NCBI RefSeq assembly: GCF_000150275.1
Contig: NW_002060957.1
Coordinates: forward strand, 537,968 to 601,967
Origin: Trichoplax adhaerens
Lineage: Eukaryota; Animalia; Placozoa
DNA length: 64,000 nt
Direction: 5' to 3'
The notes under the pieces are model-generated. The model ran no database searches and was not told the origin of the DNA. It saw only the letters and a list, made by a program, of their open reading frames with translations. The number at the start of each line of letters is the position of its first letter. The stretch's first letter is position 1. Positions 1 through 15,034 of the stretch are shown here, one piece after another. A program made the position numbers and the translations under genes.

Positions 1-3000
1 ATGGATAATAAGGTAAGATAGTTTCTGTTGCTGATTTATCAATTCCGTAAAGCCTGCAAAGCCGGCAGTGGCTATATTGTCATATTGGCCAAATTGAGGG
101 ATATGACTTAGCTCTACAAATTTGTTCAAGGTTAACGTGCCAACGCAATGACGGCGTAAAATTTGGCGTAACGGATGCTTTAAGGGCAAGTGTCGATTAC
201 CAACAACGCAGACTGGATCCATTAAGAATTGAGTTTTTAAGAGATGTTCAACAAGTTGACTGGAGACATATGTCGCTAATTGAGCTCGAGTTTTAGCAAT
301 AGACCAGTTATCGCCATCAGCAGGGGTAAAAACTGAGGACGTTGGTGTGCTATCCATCTGAATTGCAACTGGCAGTAATTGACCATTATTGACATCGGGA
401 TTAGATACGAATATAGCAATTGGCGATGAGGTATTTTGCATTGTTCTATTATCAGTGGGTACTTCGTTGATGTCAGGTCCTTGCGGAAGTGCTCGTAATT
501 CTGGAAATTGCATTACGAAGATACGACCATCTTCCAAAGCCTAATTTATTTTATGTTTACACAATTTACACAGTTATCATCGATGACAATAATTATCCAA
601 GGAAGCTCAATTATCACTACAATAACAGTAACATGATAAATTACTTTCTTACTTGATTTACAGTATTACCAAATGTTTGCGAATTCAATTTGGACTCAAT
701 AGCATTCTTCCAACCAAAATCAGGATTTAAGAAAGGTTTTAACTCAGAAACCTTAGTACCATCGAAAATAGCATCTAAGTAAGACCAAATGTTTATTTTT
801 TGAGCATTATTAAAAGGAAATATTAAGAGATATCCATGTATGAAAGATATAGTACGGTATATCTTACAAGTATTATTCGCTCCGTGTGGCTCTATCAAGT
901 ATATTGTACAGGGTATATCAAAATGGAATTATTTATTTCTGTCTTACCTCTCTGACAAACAACTTTCCAGACAGGCTTAAAGCAGCTAGTATAAAACAAG
1001 CGCAAGCCATATCGCGAAAAACGAGCTGATAAGCACTTTCGGAAGTAGCTTGGTGTGTTGTAAGTATTTTCAACGGTAGTGCCATCCAGCCACTTACCAT
1101 ATTTTGCTCCCACATAGACACGTGAGTACCATGCTTTGAAGTACTTATTAACAAGTTTAGCTTCCGTAGGATCCGACAATATTGGTAAACGGCCATGATT
1201 ACATTTGCACTTATATTGAGCAATATGCCAGTTTGTGTAATGATATGGACGAAAGGCTTTATAGCAATGTTTACCAATTAATTTCCAACCCTGTGGACAA
1301 GCTACATGTACATACAAGATTTAATATTTTGGTTGCTTAATTCAAGTTACCATTACCGGTAATTAAGATCTGATTAGCAGATCGGGTAATTTTGGAGAAC
1401 GTGTTATTATTAACAAATTACTCATAAATAATGTGATTAAAGCTACTTCAACTTACATGATTTGAAAACTCTGGATAGCTGCAAGGGATGTAATCCTGCC
1501 AAACGCTGCTCTGCAAAGACTTTATCATCCGAGAAATTATCAATGATTAGATCACTAGGCATCGTGAGTTGATTTCCTAGTGCCTAAAGTAATGAATTTA
1601 CAAAGCATGAATAGGTTTAGCTAAGTTTGCTATCAGTAAAAATTTCTTGATTGATAGTATGCTCTTAAAATAATTACATAGTATATGATTATACTAAAAT
1701 ATAGCATCCTATCAAAGTCGTTAAATCCAATTAGCTGACTTATCCATTTTTACCAATAAATTTCGTGGTGCAGCTAATTACGATCACTGCATAAACTTAT
1801 TTTAGCATGATAAATTATAACTCAGTATTATAGCAGTATACCATTGTATGTGATTATGACTAAGTCTAATAGTATCAGAACTAATACCTATGTTGTTTCT
1901 TTATCTTTGCTTGCATTCAATTCACATTATATGATGCTTATGTACTTTATATTTCTGCATTGCATTTGTACTATCCTTCACATAGGTTGCACTCTACTGT
2001 TGATTAGTACAACAGTAACTCACATTCCCAAATTACAGTTTGAGACTCAAAATTCTTTGAGTTTACCATTAATTCATTACAGCCTGTCATCAATTGATTT
2101 CAAGATTTCAATCTTAGCTGTATACTAACTTAGATGAATTTAATCAACAAAAAAATAAAATTAAAATTAAATTAATAGCCTGATCGACACTCGAGGGCTT
2201 AGCCACACCCGAGATCATAATTCGAGGACAATTTAGTATGCTGATTATTTTGACGCATGCGTCCATTAAGCGGAAGGTATATTTCTTTTCACGATATAGT
2301 TCCGCAAATTTTCCTTTCTAGATATTATTTGCCAGCCGGACTAGAGATTTCTCCGCCTTTACCACTCCCATCTATTATTTAAAACTAATATTGAATGCGA
2401 TCTGCTTTTCTTTTTTTTTTGTCACTTAATGAACAGTAAAAAGGATACGTCCGCGCATTGCAATCGATCGCTTAAAAATTGCAGAGCTATAATCACCTGG
2501 AATGATTTCAGCTAATTATGGCACAGTTGCCATGTATAAGGAATAAAGTGATAGTATGCAATGTAGAACTGTACGTCTTAATAAAGTAACTATTGATTAT
2601 AGCTCGTATGATGAAATGGCTCACCTACCCATATGAGCTATGTAAGGTCGTAGCTGATAGCCATACTAAGTATTATTGCTATTTGAGCAATCTACTTTTA
2701 AGATTAATGACTCCTATACATTATCTAGACGAGGTATAGAATTGACGGAAAGGAAAAATTGCTAAATAGTACTTAAATTAAATTCAGAAATTAAATTAAT
2801 CAAATCATTCTTAGCAAAGTGTGCCAATATTTTTTTATTACTATATCATCATTCAAATTTTCTTGGTTATTGTACAATTCAGCTAATGACGAACGTCACT
2901 GATCGTAACTAGTTGCTTAACCTATAATTTTTTTAGAAATATTTATTGAGTAGTGCTTATTTGCTGTTGCAAAGTATGGCGATGTCTTAAAAAGTCACGC

Positions 3001-6000
3001 AAAGAGTCAAAGGAGTAGGATGCAGCTGCCGTTAATATAGACAAAATTTCATTCCTCAAGGGATGTGTCCATTTCTGTGATGCTAAAGCTTATACCTATT
3101 CTAGATGTGCAAATTGGCAAAGACTGACTAAAAATACTATTAGTCATAGGTCGCTAATTGCTGTACAAATTTTTTGAGGGATCTTATTTTACATGGAGTG
3201 ACTTTGCCAGTATGAGAATGCATGGATGCTAATAGTTTTTACTCTGTTAATCTTTCATATCAACAAAAACTTCCAATTATACTTTGCTATTAGCAATGCT
3301 GATATTGATTTGTTGATACACGTAATTATTAACTAAGCATAATATGGCCTAGTGTTGGCTTAATATTTACTTTCATAAACATAAAATATCTCAAATGCTA
3401 TGATAAGGGTGGAGGAAGTAAAAGGCGGATTCGGATATTGTCGGTGAAATTCTCAATTAAATACTTTGCACCTACTTCCCGTAGTACTGAGGCTTACATT
3501 CTTTTAGAGTACCATGTACCAAATTGAGTCTATATATATAATGCATGGTAGGAAGTGCAGTACACTCAATGAAGAAACTGTTAATGTTATACTTCATATA
3601 GTCAAGATGTTTGTATCATTATAATATCTTTACAATAAATAGTAAAATATCCTTTCGCGTTAAGTTTAACATAACTTAGATAAAACATTTGCTGCAAGTG
3701 AGGACTTGCAGTTATTGAAAGAAGACAATCAATGATTTATATAATTATTAATCTCATCTGAAATTCTGAGTCAGATACGCGAGTAAGATTAAATTTTAGA
3801 ACGCTAACGTAATTATAAGCTAGTGCGTATATATATTTACGAAGAGAATTTTTATTAAGATCAAGGTTCAGTTCTATATCAAAAGCAATACAGTACATAA
3901 AGTGACTTACCAACTGCGCATCGTAAAAGAAGGAAAACAACGCCTTGTAGTCTTCAATAACGGTAAAGTCTCGAAGAGAATTATTGCCAGTGGTAAGGAA
4001 AGTGGCCGCTAAGTTAGCACTGTCCTGTAACGTGAATTGATACGAAAAAAACCATGGATTTTCCAATGGATCACTAAATGCAACACCGAATGCTGTGCCT
4101 GGATCGGCATCCCATAGTGGTGGAATTAACACAGTTGGATCCCGCAGAGGATTATTAAAATCTGGTGTTTGACGTAATGCATATATAGTTTGACTTTGGG
4201 CTAGTTCAGTTTGACGATCCGCTAAACATGCTGCACTAACGAATTGTGGTATATCGACTGGACAAGTATGGTTACTACGAGGCAATCCAACCAATTTATG
4301 ATCCTTTTTAGATTCGATAAGTAAATCAGCTGTTTATAATTGTAGAGATAAAGAGCTATTATTAGATAAAAACACAGCAAATTGGTCTTTGATACGATAT
4401 TAACCAATTCGGAGATTGTTAACATAATATATTGTTTAAGTACCGTGATGAGTATACAACGAATACGAATATCAATATATGATTAGCGCATCTCTATATA
4501 TTCAACAGGTCTAGATAGGATAGAGCCATTTCTTCACTTTTTAATAGCATGATTGATTGTATAATCAGGGTCATTGCATAGTTACTGTAGTCACTTAAAA
4601 TGAAACAATCAATTGGTTTTGCTATAGTCTGATACTATCTTAAATTTTATATTTATAAGGGTGAAACGTCAACATTGCATAGAGTTTACTTATCTTATTT
4701 TAAGCAAGCAAACGATATTTTAACGATACTGCCGAGTTAGCTCGACGATGGATAAAATGTAATAGACTTTGCAAATTTGATGTAATGATGTTTAGATAAT
4801 TATCATACGCGCAAAGGAGAAGCCTTCTATTTTACTTCAGTCAAATTAAACGCTTAAGAAATATAGCATAAAGCATATACATATGAATTTATATAAATGA
4901 ATTTATATATAATGGCCTGTAAAATCAATAATTATTAATATAAACACTGAAAAGGACAATAAAAATTAATTAAAGTAAACGCTGAAGTTTCTAACTGACC
5001 TATTGGTCTATATTCTTGATCAGAAGAAGTCACATCACTTTTATTTTACAAGGATAATTTAAGAAATGAATTAGGTAACTAGCTCCAAGATCTATACATA
5101 TAATAATTAATCTGATAATTTGATAAATGGATTATTTAGTTAGGGACCAATCGTAGCATTGAGAATGAAATCGATTGATGATAACAAATAATTTATAGTC
5201 CATAATTTATTATAAATCGTATGTAATCATTAAGAACTTCTGTATCGCGTATATCGTCTTTAATATTATTTTTACTGATTCTGTTTAGTGTTGCAATTGA
5301 GATAAATCAAGATTGTTACAAAATTATGGAGGAGTCATGATCAACGTGAATATTTTAAGTAATGCTATGATTAAACTACAAATTATAGACAATAATCACT
5401 GCAATTAATTATTCCATTGCCGAAGCCTTGTAAGGATATTTATAAATCAAGTACTATGATTGTATAGTTGGCCAATATGGCATTCTACTTACTATTATCT
5501 TGGCTTTTGAAGAATTGGCTGTTAAAGAAGCAATCTGAATAAATTCCAACGCATAAACATGTTTCTGGTAAGATGCAGAATTCACCTTTACCACAACTCT
5601 GACGGCAAACAGCTAAATAGATTGAAATTTTAGTTTTCTTAAATTTCTTGAATTAATACACATAAGGCGTTAAAATTTAGCGGTTTGGGAATTCTAAACT
5701 GCTAGCGATGACAAAGACTACTACATGCGTAGTGATAATGGAATGCTTTAAATTATTGACTTTTATAATCAAGATTAAATCAACTATGAGTTAATATTAT
5801 CCAAATTTTTATGAATTGTTATAAATGGCTTTTCTTTATACGATTAATCAGGTATAGAATGGACTGTAATGTACTGTACATTAAATGCTCTATCATAAAG
5901 CAATAAGGTCCGCACCAGCTGTGTTCATGGCATAATAATATAAAGGTTCAGTTTTCGATTAATTTAAATTTTCTACTAGATTAATTGCTAGTATGGTAAC

Positions 6001-7175
6001 TGTTACAGAGTAAGTTAACTTTTCAAATAAGTTCACGTTTAATCCATGCTTCATATTCTATATAAGTCAAATAAATTATAGACAGCGCCATACAACTCCT
6101 TCACTATAGTTTTCTTGCACCGTTATCGTAACGTCTCTTATATTACTTTTTAATTTTACAACAACATTTTGCAACGAATCCCATAAATATTACATTGCAA
6201 CTTAATACTACAATGTCTGGCAATGCATATATAATACACTAATTTACAGCAAATCGATCAACTACAACTATCCTGTATCATATAGTCGGTACCGGATAAA
6301 GTGCAATTATGAGCTTGTGGCAATTTAAAGATCATAACGGTCACTTACAGAGTAAGATCATTACATGAGGTTAGCTAATTTATGAATAGTATCATGTCTT
6401 TGAAAAATTAACATATCGCATGCATTGCTATTCAAAGTGCATGAAATATCACTGCCTTGACATAATGACAAATATATTCTGTTTCTAAAACTACTTACGT
6501 GTAAAACAAGGATCTTCGCCATAAATTATTCCATTAGGCCTTGACCAACCTTCACAACATTGAGGATCTTTTTGATTTTTTATGCTTAAGTTCTTAATGA
6601 TGCTATTTAGTCTTTGACCATCGCTGATTTAATTTTAAATGAGTAATTAAATAATCATAGGATACATAGGATCTGGCATAGTATCAAACTTAAAACACAG
6701 AAAAGATTTTTACCTCTCCACTTCGCAAACATTGTTATTGAGAAAGCCAGCGATGATACTTGCAATAAAAGGAACATAAATTATTACTTATTCCATATAT
6801 CTAATCAAACTGTCTATTTTTCTAAGGATATTTAAAAACTGATATAGAATTAGCAACAAGTTGTTCGTACTTCATAAAATGCCCACAATTAAATAAATCA
6901 GCTGATCACAATGATGTAACTAAATTTAACAACGGGATCTATGTAGAGATATAGATAGTGTGTTTCGTGTCTCTTTAGTTTTTAAGACGTGAAATGCAGT
7001 TTTTACTCGCTTTGGCTTAAATCTCCAATTATATCACAATAGAAATAGTATGAAACACTTTTTTTGCACCCTTCTTTTTGCTGTATAGCTTCCCCTACCT
7101 TGTTAAACGCTCGTATTGTGATGAGGGTAGTGGCAAGATGGCAAAGATGGCTATAAGAGCCAATACAGACTTCAT
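1..7175 (-). CDS. Secreted lipoxygenase-family protein, paralogue A (signal peptide-EMI-EGF-LOX with inserted C-type lectin domain); 3' end runs off the window
   Basis: Hand-spliced exons with GT-AG sites and consistent phases: 7175-7099 (MKSVLALIAIFAILPLPSSQYERLT, signal peptide), 6758-6714 (..NNNVCEVE), 6623-6499 (..QCCEGWSRPNG..DPCFT), 5612-5493 (PVCRQSCGKGEFCILPETCLCVGIYSDC, EGF-like), 4329-3911 (CPVDIPQ..RQTELAQSQTIY), 1583-1457 (FSDDKVFAEQRLAGLHP, LOX motif), 1301-948 (CTLD), 774-653, 540-<1 (ALEDGRIF..LLPVAIQM..DNWSIAK..QLVEHLLKTQFLMDP..RHLPLKHP). Confidence 0.9.
948..1301 (-). other. C-type lectin-like domain exon (354 nt, phase 1-1) inside LOX paralogue A
   Basis: CPQGWKLIGKHCYK..NWHIAQYKCKCNHGRLPILSDPTEAKLV..VYVGAKYGKWLDGT..KCL..TSC..VVCQ follows the long-form CTLD pattern; AG acceptor at 1302-1303 and GT donor at 946-947. 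Confidence 0.9.
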
Positions 7176-10100
7176 TTTGAGACAACGAAATGAATCTGAT
7201 CGTTCACTGTGCAACCTAATCAATTCAACGTGAGAATTATTAAGAAGTATCAAGTTGTTTATCAGTTTTTGACAGCAATGATTAATCAGCCTTAATTATT
7301 TGTTAATAGTGCAATAGATTATGATGACAATGTGATTGACTTAAAACAATTAATAAACAATTATTCATCATTGTGCTCGACATCGCTTCAATGAACACTA
7401 TGTTAATATTGATCTAACTTTTCTACAATGCCATGCATTTTTCGATCTTATTTGATTCGCTGAAATTATTTTGCTTGACTTTTTGTAACCAAAAGACCAC
7501 TTCGAAGAAGATTTAGATGGTAAATCTTATAAGCATTAATAATATCAGGTTTAAATAATACTTTCTTAATAAATACGTAGCCTACAGGCAATACAGATGG
7601 CTAGACTGCTAGAATTTAAGATAGATAATTGAATCCATAATTTTTATATGCCTTACTTCAAGATTTCGTTTAATTATCATCACAATAAAATTATATAATA
7701 ACATTTACTATTATCAAAGATACATTTTCGGCTAGAGAATAAATAATGGAAAAGACTAGATTTAAGAAATTATTATTTATCAAAGTATGATTTACAGCCA
7801 TTAAAAATTATAAGCGCTAAAACATAACTACGTAAGATATGGTAATGCACATGGAGCATAAAAATTATAAAGAATTTTTGCCCCTATTCATAAAAATGAA
7901 TATTTAAATTAAGGGATCATTAAAGGATCCTTATATTGATAATTCATTATAATTAATTGGATTATTAGTTTTGTTTCACTAATTAATGAATGCTTTGCTA
8001 AATCACAATTGTTACGGTAATAATGAAAAAACCGTTCGGGGGCAACTAAATGCGGCAGTTAATATTTAAAATAAGATGCATCGTCTATAAACATATTTTC
8101 GAAATTTGAAGGTTAGGATCCATTTATTTTCCTAAACTTAAAACAATAGAAACTACGACATTAAGTCACTAGGAATGATTCTCTTGGAGCAAGCCAATGT
8201 GCTATCGTTTCCAAAATACTTCTGATAGTAAAAATACCTTAGTACGACTTTTTACAAACGATTCTAGAGGTATAAATTGGGGTATACTTTGGAGTGGGTA
8301 TAGTCTGGGCTGTTACACAGGTTCTCATTTTTTAGCATCCTTTTATAATTGGTGATATTATAGTCATATCATGGTTTTATATTTTAGCTAAATATTTACA
8401 GCGGTTAATTGAAGCTATAAAAGTATAGCTAAAGTAAAATTGTTGCAAGAATACAGATAATTTTATTAATTTAATCTAGCTTTCATTTTATGATCTATTC
8501 TTAGTGTATGGTACTGTTTTGCATAAACGTTGTATAATGGAATAGTATCATAATAATTAGTATCACTACTACGTAGTTACTAATAAAGGAAACATTAGAG
8601 TCGTCTAATGTTTTAGAGGAGAGCGAAATCATTGTACAGTAGATTATAGTTGACTTCTATTACCCCAAAATACTACCATATTAGTTGCGCTGCCAACAAT
8701 TTCTAATAAATATTCAAACTTAACAAGATTTATTCATTTGCTAGATTTTTCGTTCTAATCAATAATTTTCAGAGCTCGATCAATTTAGCTAGCGCTAGAA
8801 CCAGTTATGTAGATAAATAAACGTGATTGGTGCTTTTAAGACTCTTGAGATAATATTTTGTAATAGATATCCTAAGATGATCTTATTCTATAATAGCCTA
8901 GTAGTGACTAAGTCATGGTGTTATGATATATGAGCAGTATTAACTAAATATCATTCTGATACCATTACCTACTATATTTGCTTTTAAATATTAGTGGGCT
9001 AATAATTATTTTATCAGGTAATTCATTCTGATAGAAAGACATTAAAGAGATTTCGTATAATGCTATTTATACAATGTAAAATTATAGATTATTGCATGTA
9101 ACGATAGAAATAGATCTTAAAACGCAAAGCTTAATGGCATGAAGTTGGTTGATAATTTATTCCCAAATCTAATAAACTTTCATTCAATCCGTCATACCTT
9201 TACTTTAATCACACTCTATTTTCTAGTTTTAATCACTCTGAATCATTTTTTAAAGCCTCCTTTATTTCTTTATGCTTATGCTGAAATATATCTGAAGATA
9301 TTGTTACTGCTGAAATACTTTTTCTGTCCACGTAAAACGAAAGGCAGTAATTTTAATTAAACAATATCACAGATATCAATCTAATCTACGAGACGCTATA
9401 AAAATATGAAGCTGTGAAGCTTACTCAAAATATGCTTTGACATCGAAGTAATATAACGCTAATTCTATATCTATCAATACATCTATCGATCATCACAAAA
9501 CTTGACTAAACTACATTGCTTTTCCTAAAAGTTCCAATAATAGCTTATTTTTGAGTTTGTAGCGCCAAAATTTTCATCATTTATTTCTAAGAGAAAAAAT
9601 TAAAAAGAAGTATCAATGCGTTGTATACAATAAAATATTTGCTTTTACCATGTTGTACTAGGACTTTCGTTAGCTAATTTAAAGGTTAAAGGTTAATATT
9701 TCATAATGCTTGTAGTATTTTCATAATGATTTCAGATACTGATATGGAAAGACTGGTAAATTTCTTTTTTACATACCTTTCCCTATAATACGTATGATTA
9801 GCTCATTTGGCGATGATAGTAAATAAAGCATAAAATAAAAGAATTATTGTATTTTATTCTTATATAGCTCTGATTCGATAAATGATATCATAGTGAATAC
9901 AGATAAATAATGAGCCTAGGATGGGTTTTGTAATTTTTAATTGAAGTATTGAGGCCAAAAAGTCAATATATCTAATGTTGACTAAGAGATATATGGCTAC
10001 TAATTGTTTCTACGAGACAATGAAAATATTTCTTAAGTGCAAAGCTACATAAAATTGTCTGCGTATTCTGCCTTTAGTATTATATATTCAATATGAATGT

Positions 10101-11040
10101 GCTATGGGAATTGACCTTGGCCTCTAAACGATAAGCTCAAGGACAATATTATAAAATTGTGAACGACAAACTGATATGCTATGTACGGTACCGAGATCTC
10201 GGAACAGTAGGAGTTAATTAGGTGCTTGCTTTGCTAGCCCCCATCAGGCAATGCTCGCTTGTTTTGTTCTTAATTCTATGACGGGATATTGACTAGATTG
10301 CTAGAAGAATTCTTTAATTTAATAGTCACTGAAAGTAGTTTGTTTACATAAAATTCAATAAATATTCTTGAGAGATTAAATGTTATACCAGGAGATCCTA
10401 CGTTAATGATTAATTAATTAATTAATTAATTATGAAAAAAATAAAGTTGTTGCTAAGTGTCACTAACCAGCTTCGTGACAAAGATAACGTAAAACAAATC
10501 TCTAAATTACTCTAGTCTCCAGGATTCAGTATCCCTAAACTACCTCACAAGAATTTAGACGCCTTTGCTTCTACGTTAAAACAACTATATAAGTCTTCTT
10601 TTATTCAACTATCTGCCGAGCTTAACCCTTCGGCAGCAGCTATCATGTAGGAGTCATAACGGTTCATGAAATTTAGCTCATATTGGATAGCTAAATTAAT
10701 ACAGAAATTATTCATAATTTTGGACATGTACCGAACGATTCTAGATAATTAGACTACAGTATGTCCACACGCAGAATTATTTATAGTATCACCTATAATT
10801 GAATATCTTCAGGATATTCATCATAAGCGTTACAAGACATAACGCTATAATCAATTACTATTGGTTACCTTATAAGAACTTTTACTACAATGCAGCATAA
10901 TTTACTGTAACAAATAATAACTACCGCAGTTCTTACTGTAAGTCATCATTAGTTATCTCCATGTATGAATGTTAAACACTAAATTTAGTCATATACTTTT
11001 CACAGTGGCTCGTACCGTAACACTAAGATATTACGTTTAA

Positions 11041-11340
11041 ACCATGTGTCACAATTTTACTTCTGCGACAAGGTAACGTACAGTAAAAGTCTATAAGTAG
11101 CTACTGACTTAAACGCCCTTCTACCTAACTTTAAACACACACAGCAAAATACTGTAAAGATAAAACTTTTATTAGCAAAGACACATCTACAACTTTTTAC
11201 TACCCCACTCAACTCAAATGTTCCCGTTTATATAGGAAAAGTCTAATTTGTAAACAACAGTATTATTATTATACCTTACTAGGAGAAACATCTCGAAATG
11301 AGATGTTCGTTACATAGCTTTTCTATCAGTAAACATTTTG
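11041..11340. repeat. Dispersed repeat (~290 bp), copy 1; inverted copy at ~57950-58238
   Basis: Shared blocks such as TAAAGATAAAACTTTTATTAGCA, CTCAACTCAAATGTTCCCGTTTATATAGGA, TATTATTATTATACCTTACTAGGAGA and TAGCTTTTCTATCAGTAAA are found as reverse complements in the Apaf-1-like intron. Confidence 0.85.
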
Positions 11341-14300
11341 TATTTCTTACTCTTACTTAATCTTAATCTAAGCACGTAGGTTGTCTAATTCAACTATCAT
11401 CAACTAGAACTTGAATCATCTTACTGCTATTTATCACACAATAACAATCAATATCAAATATGTAATGAACTATCACAAACAACATCCACGTTAAGGCATT
11501 ACTTATCTTACCTAGAACTACAAATATGGATATTCTCCGTACTAGCTACTACTGTACTTATTAAACTATCCCAATGACAAGGCAACACCGTAACACCATG
11601 TAAATATTAGTGTTAACAAGGCATCTCGAGTAGTTGTATCAATTTGCAAGATACTAATATCATTTCTAGATGAATGCCCAATATCTTTTTACATCTTAAT
11701 AGTTGATGGATATCATAAAATTGAACGAAAGCCTTTCACATTATTACCAGTGCCATAGATAAATTCCAATTCTCTATTAATTACTATAAATTCACTTCTA
11801 GACTTAATTATTTTCAAGCGCAGGCGACTTATGAGTTTCTGACATAAAATTCTAAACTTTTAAAAGATTAATAGTTTGAGAATATCGACAGTACGAAAAG
11901 TATTTCTTGATATTTCGGAAATAAGCTAATAGAACACCTGTTGCTAAGTAGTACAGTTATTCTTTTAAAATAATTGCTAATAAATTGCTTGATGTAATCT
12001 CTTATTTCAAACGTATATGTTACGGTCAGTGTATAAGCTATTATTGCCATGGAACGATTCATAACTCGACAAACTCCGATATAATTTGCTACTAGGTAGC
12101 AAATAAATGGGCTGCATGAATAACCCGTTCGTAATACGTACTTGTTACGGTTCATCATTACCGTAAATAAAAAAAGAAATATTTATTCATATTTTTTCTA
12201 AAGTAGAGTTGCGATATGTTAAGTCGTTAATGGATTTCCATTAATGAATGTGTGATAAAGATTGCCACACTTGATTAATGAGTTATTAAGTAACATGTCT
12301 AGTTGATTTGTTAACTGGAGTAAGAGTGGTAAACACTCAATATTAATTTACATATATCTATTCTATACTGACTGTCATAAATATATGTTATACAAAATCA
12401 AGTATATTGTAAATAGAATTATGCTGATAGAAAATGGCATAGGTATATAAGAGCGTGCCTTTAATCATAGAAGGAGTTCTCTTATTACATTGCCTAGTAA
12501 TATATGTTATCGTTCGAATAAAGAGGATTTATGAAGTTATCCGGATATACACACTGCTGAATAAGGTCTTATACTAAGCTGGTCGAGTTAGTGAAGCTTA
12601 TTAGCAACGGTATATTACGGTAGAGCGGTTACGTTAGGAATAAAATTAGTTACTTGTACCACAAACGACGTTACGACAGAACTATATATTGATAGTTTTT
12701 CTATTACTCGTAAGTAAACAATTGAGCAGCCTAAAATTTGTCATGTAACAACTGTAAATTGCTAATAATAAGACACAACCAAGATTGGGAGAGAAAAGAG
12801 TTCGAAATAGCCTGTTATTAATTCCGCGTCCGTTAGCTCAAGGAATTTAGCTTTTTTAATGAATAACTTAACATGGCAATGGAAGAGGCGAAAAGAATAT
12901 ATGCTTCTGTTTATTCATTTGCATATATAGCTATTTTTACCTATGTTCTTGTATTTATACAGCTCGTCAGGATTTCTATTTAGTATCTACTAGGATAAAT
13001 ACATAGAATTTGCTCTTTAACTTCTTAAGTTCACTTTACTATTCGTGGATTCGACTGCCACTTGATTGAAAGTTGTAAAGAATTTTGTTGATGTATTTAC
13101 TGGGGCCTGATTGTGGCACAAAATATACCATTGTTTCGATGCTTAATAAGCAGCAGTCCTATTATTTCACTGTAGATCAATGTCTATATTCGACCAGAGA
13201 ATTAATGATAATTTACTTATATAATTAATCAAAATGGGGCAAAAATTTTTTCATGCACCGACACTGATGTCATGCAATAGAGCCTACAAATATGATGTAC
13301 TGGTATGACAGTATTCATTTTAGGAACTAGTTAGAGGTGATTGCATCCGCAAACAACTTCAGGCACTGAAATTCCACGGCCCATATACAGTATTGAATAG
13401 TTACTGGCCCTTAAAGGATGATACAGTAAATGATAACTTATAATTACGGCTTAAAAGATATGCACCACTTGCAGGAGGTATTAACTGAAATATCAGCTTA
13501 CGCCCCTCTAGAATCATACAGGCACGTAATTTTCTCAGCATCTATCATTATCATTATTGATTTATTTATCTTGGCTAACTTTATGAATGGCTGAGTAAAG
13601 ATTTTAAGTTTCGTCCTTTTGGACAACATTACTTGAAACAGCATTTTGTAGGACTATTTCTGGTAGTCATAAAAGTACACAGAATCCTGAATATTATATG
13701 CTCTTTATATTTTATTTCATGCGAATTATCTTACTCAGTTAGGACAGGTATATATTTGTTTATGATATAGGTAAGGTTAGAGTCTGAATTTTTATTTAGG
13801 TACGTAGTATTCTCCATTATACTGCGGTATATAATGATTATTTTGCTAAATGAAATATCTAAAATTGACGGTAACATTCTCGTATAAGCGAGTAGCAAAC
13901 AAGTAAATTACAAGGATAAAGTTTTACTAAATATAATTTAATAAAACTAATGTCCTCAAGCTGCTATAAGAAAGAAATGGATACCTTTATTAGTATTAGA
14001 ATATATGGCATTAAAACTAGTCTATTTAATTGTCTCTCACTTTTAAACTAACGACAATTACCAGGTTTAGGACACTAAAGCAGATTTTGTCATTCCGATT
14101 GTGACTAGGAGGAGGTAAAACTAGTAAGATCCATGCTTTGACGTTTTAAGATAAAGATATCCATGACAAATCATATGTTATCGTATGAATTAAATTTTAC
14201 CTTAGGAAAATCTAACATCTTAGCATAATAAATTATTAAATTAGGGATAACGTCAATACGATATGGTGCTAAGTAACTGTCCATATAGGCAATTAAAATA

Positions 14301-15034
14301 TATGCTTGTATTGCGATACAAGGACCACAAGTTAATAAAATTACGAATTCGATGAGAGGAAGGAAAAAATTTTACGGCGGACTAATTATACTTGAAGAAA
14401 TGATGGCATTTACCAGTTAATACAGAAAGTGAAATTTTCTACGAAATAATTGGATGCGCACTATTCATACCCAACTAAATTTTGCAGTAATAGCGAATGA
14501 ATAAAGAAAGAAACTCAATAAATATGAGCGTATCTGTTATAATATTAAGTACGGTAATTTTGCGTAATATATTAGAATTAGATCGATATGATGTTAATAA
14601 TAAATCCGTGTCTGGAGCAAAAAGGATGCCATACGGCAATTTAATAATTATTCTGTAATATCATAGTGAACTGGTAGATTACATCGCAAACGTAGAGCTA
14701 TAATGCATAATACACTATCATTCTAAATTAGATAGTCTATTTTAACCTTATATGATTTGATAATTTATGCTTAACTTAGATAGTTCCTACATTTTAATGA
14801 AGTAAATTAGCGAAGGTAGATAGTTAGTCTTATTACAAGAGTGGAAGCTTGTAGTTTTTTCTGAAATATCGCGGTCTATATTCTGTTACTTATTCATAAA
14901 GTAATAAGATGTAGCTTTAACTGATATGTGAAAATAGCAACAATGCTACTGCTGATTTTAAATATGCCCGTACTATCGATGTTACAATGTAAAATTATGT
15001 TATATTGCTGTTAGAATCCATATCTGAAATGGTC

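Noticed and set aside
895-1317. CTLD ORFs (also 17476-17802) as independent nested lectin genes
   Set aside because: They have no signal peptide of their own, and both are bounded by splice sites in phase with the flanking LOX exons in both paralogues.
7200-15000. Short ORFs (9139-9360, 11868-12158) in the inter-LOX region
   Set aside because: AT-rich, low-information ORFs with no motifs or consistent splice structure.
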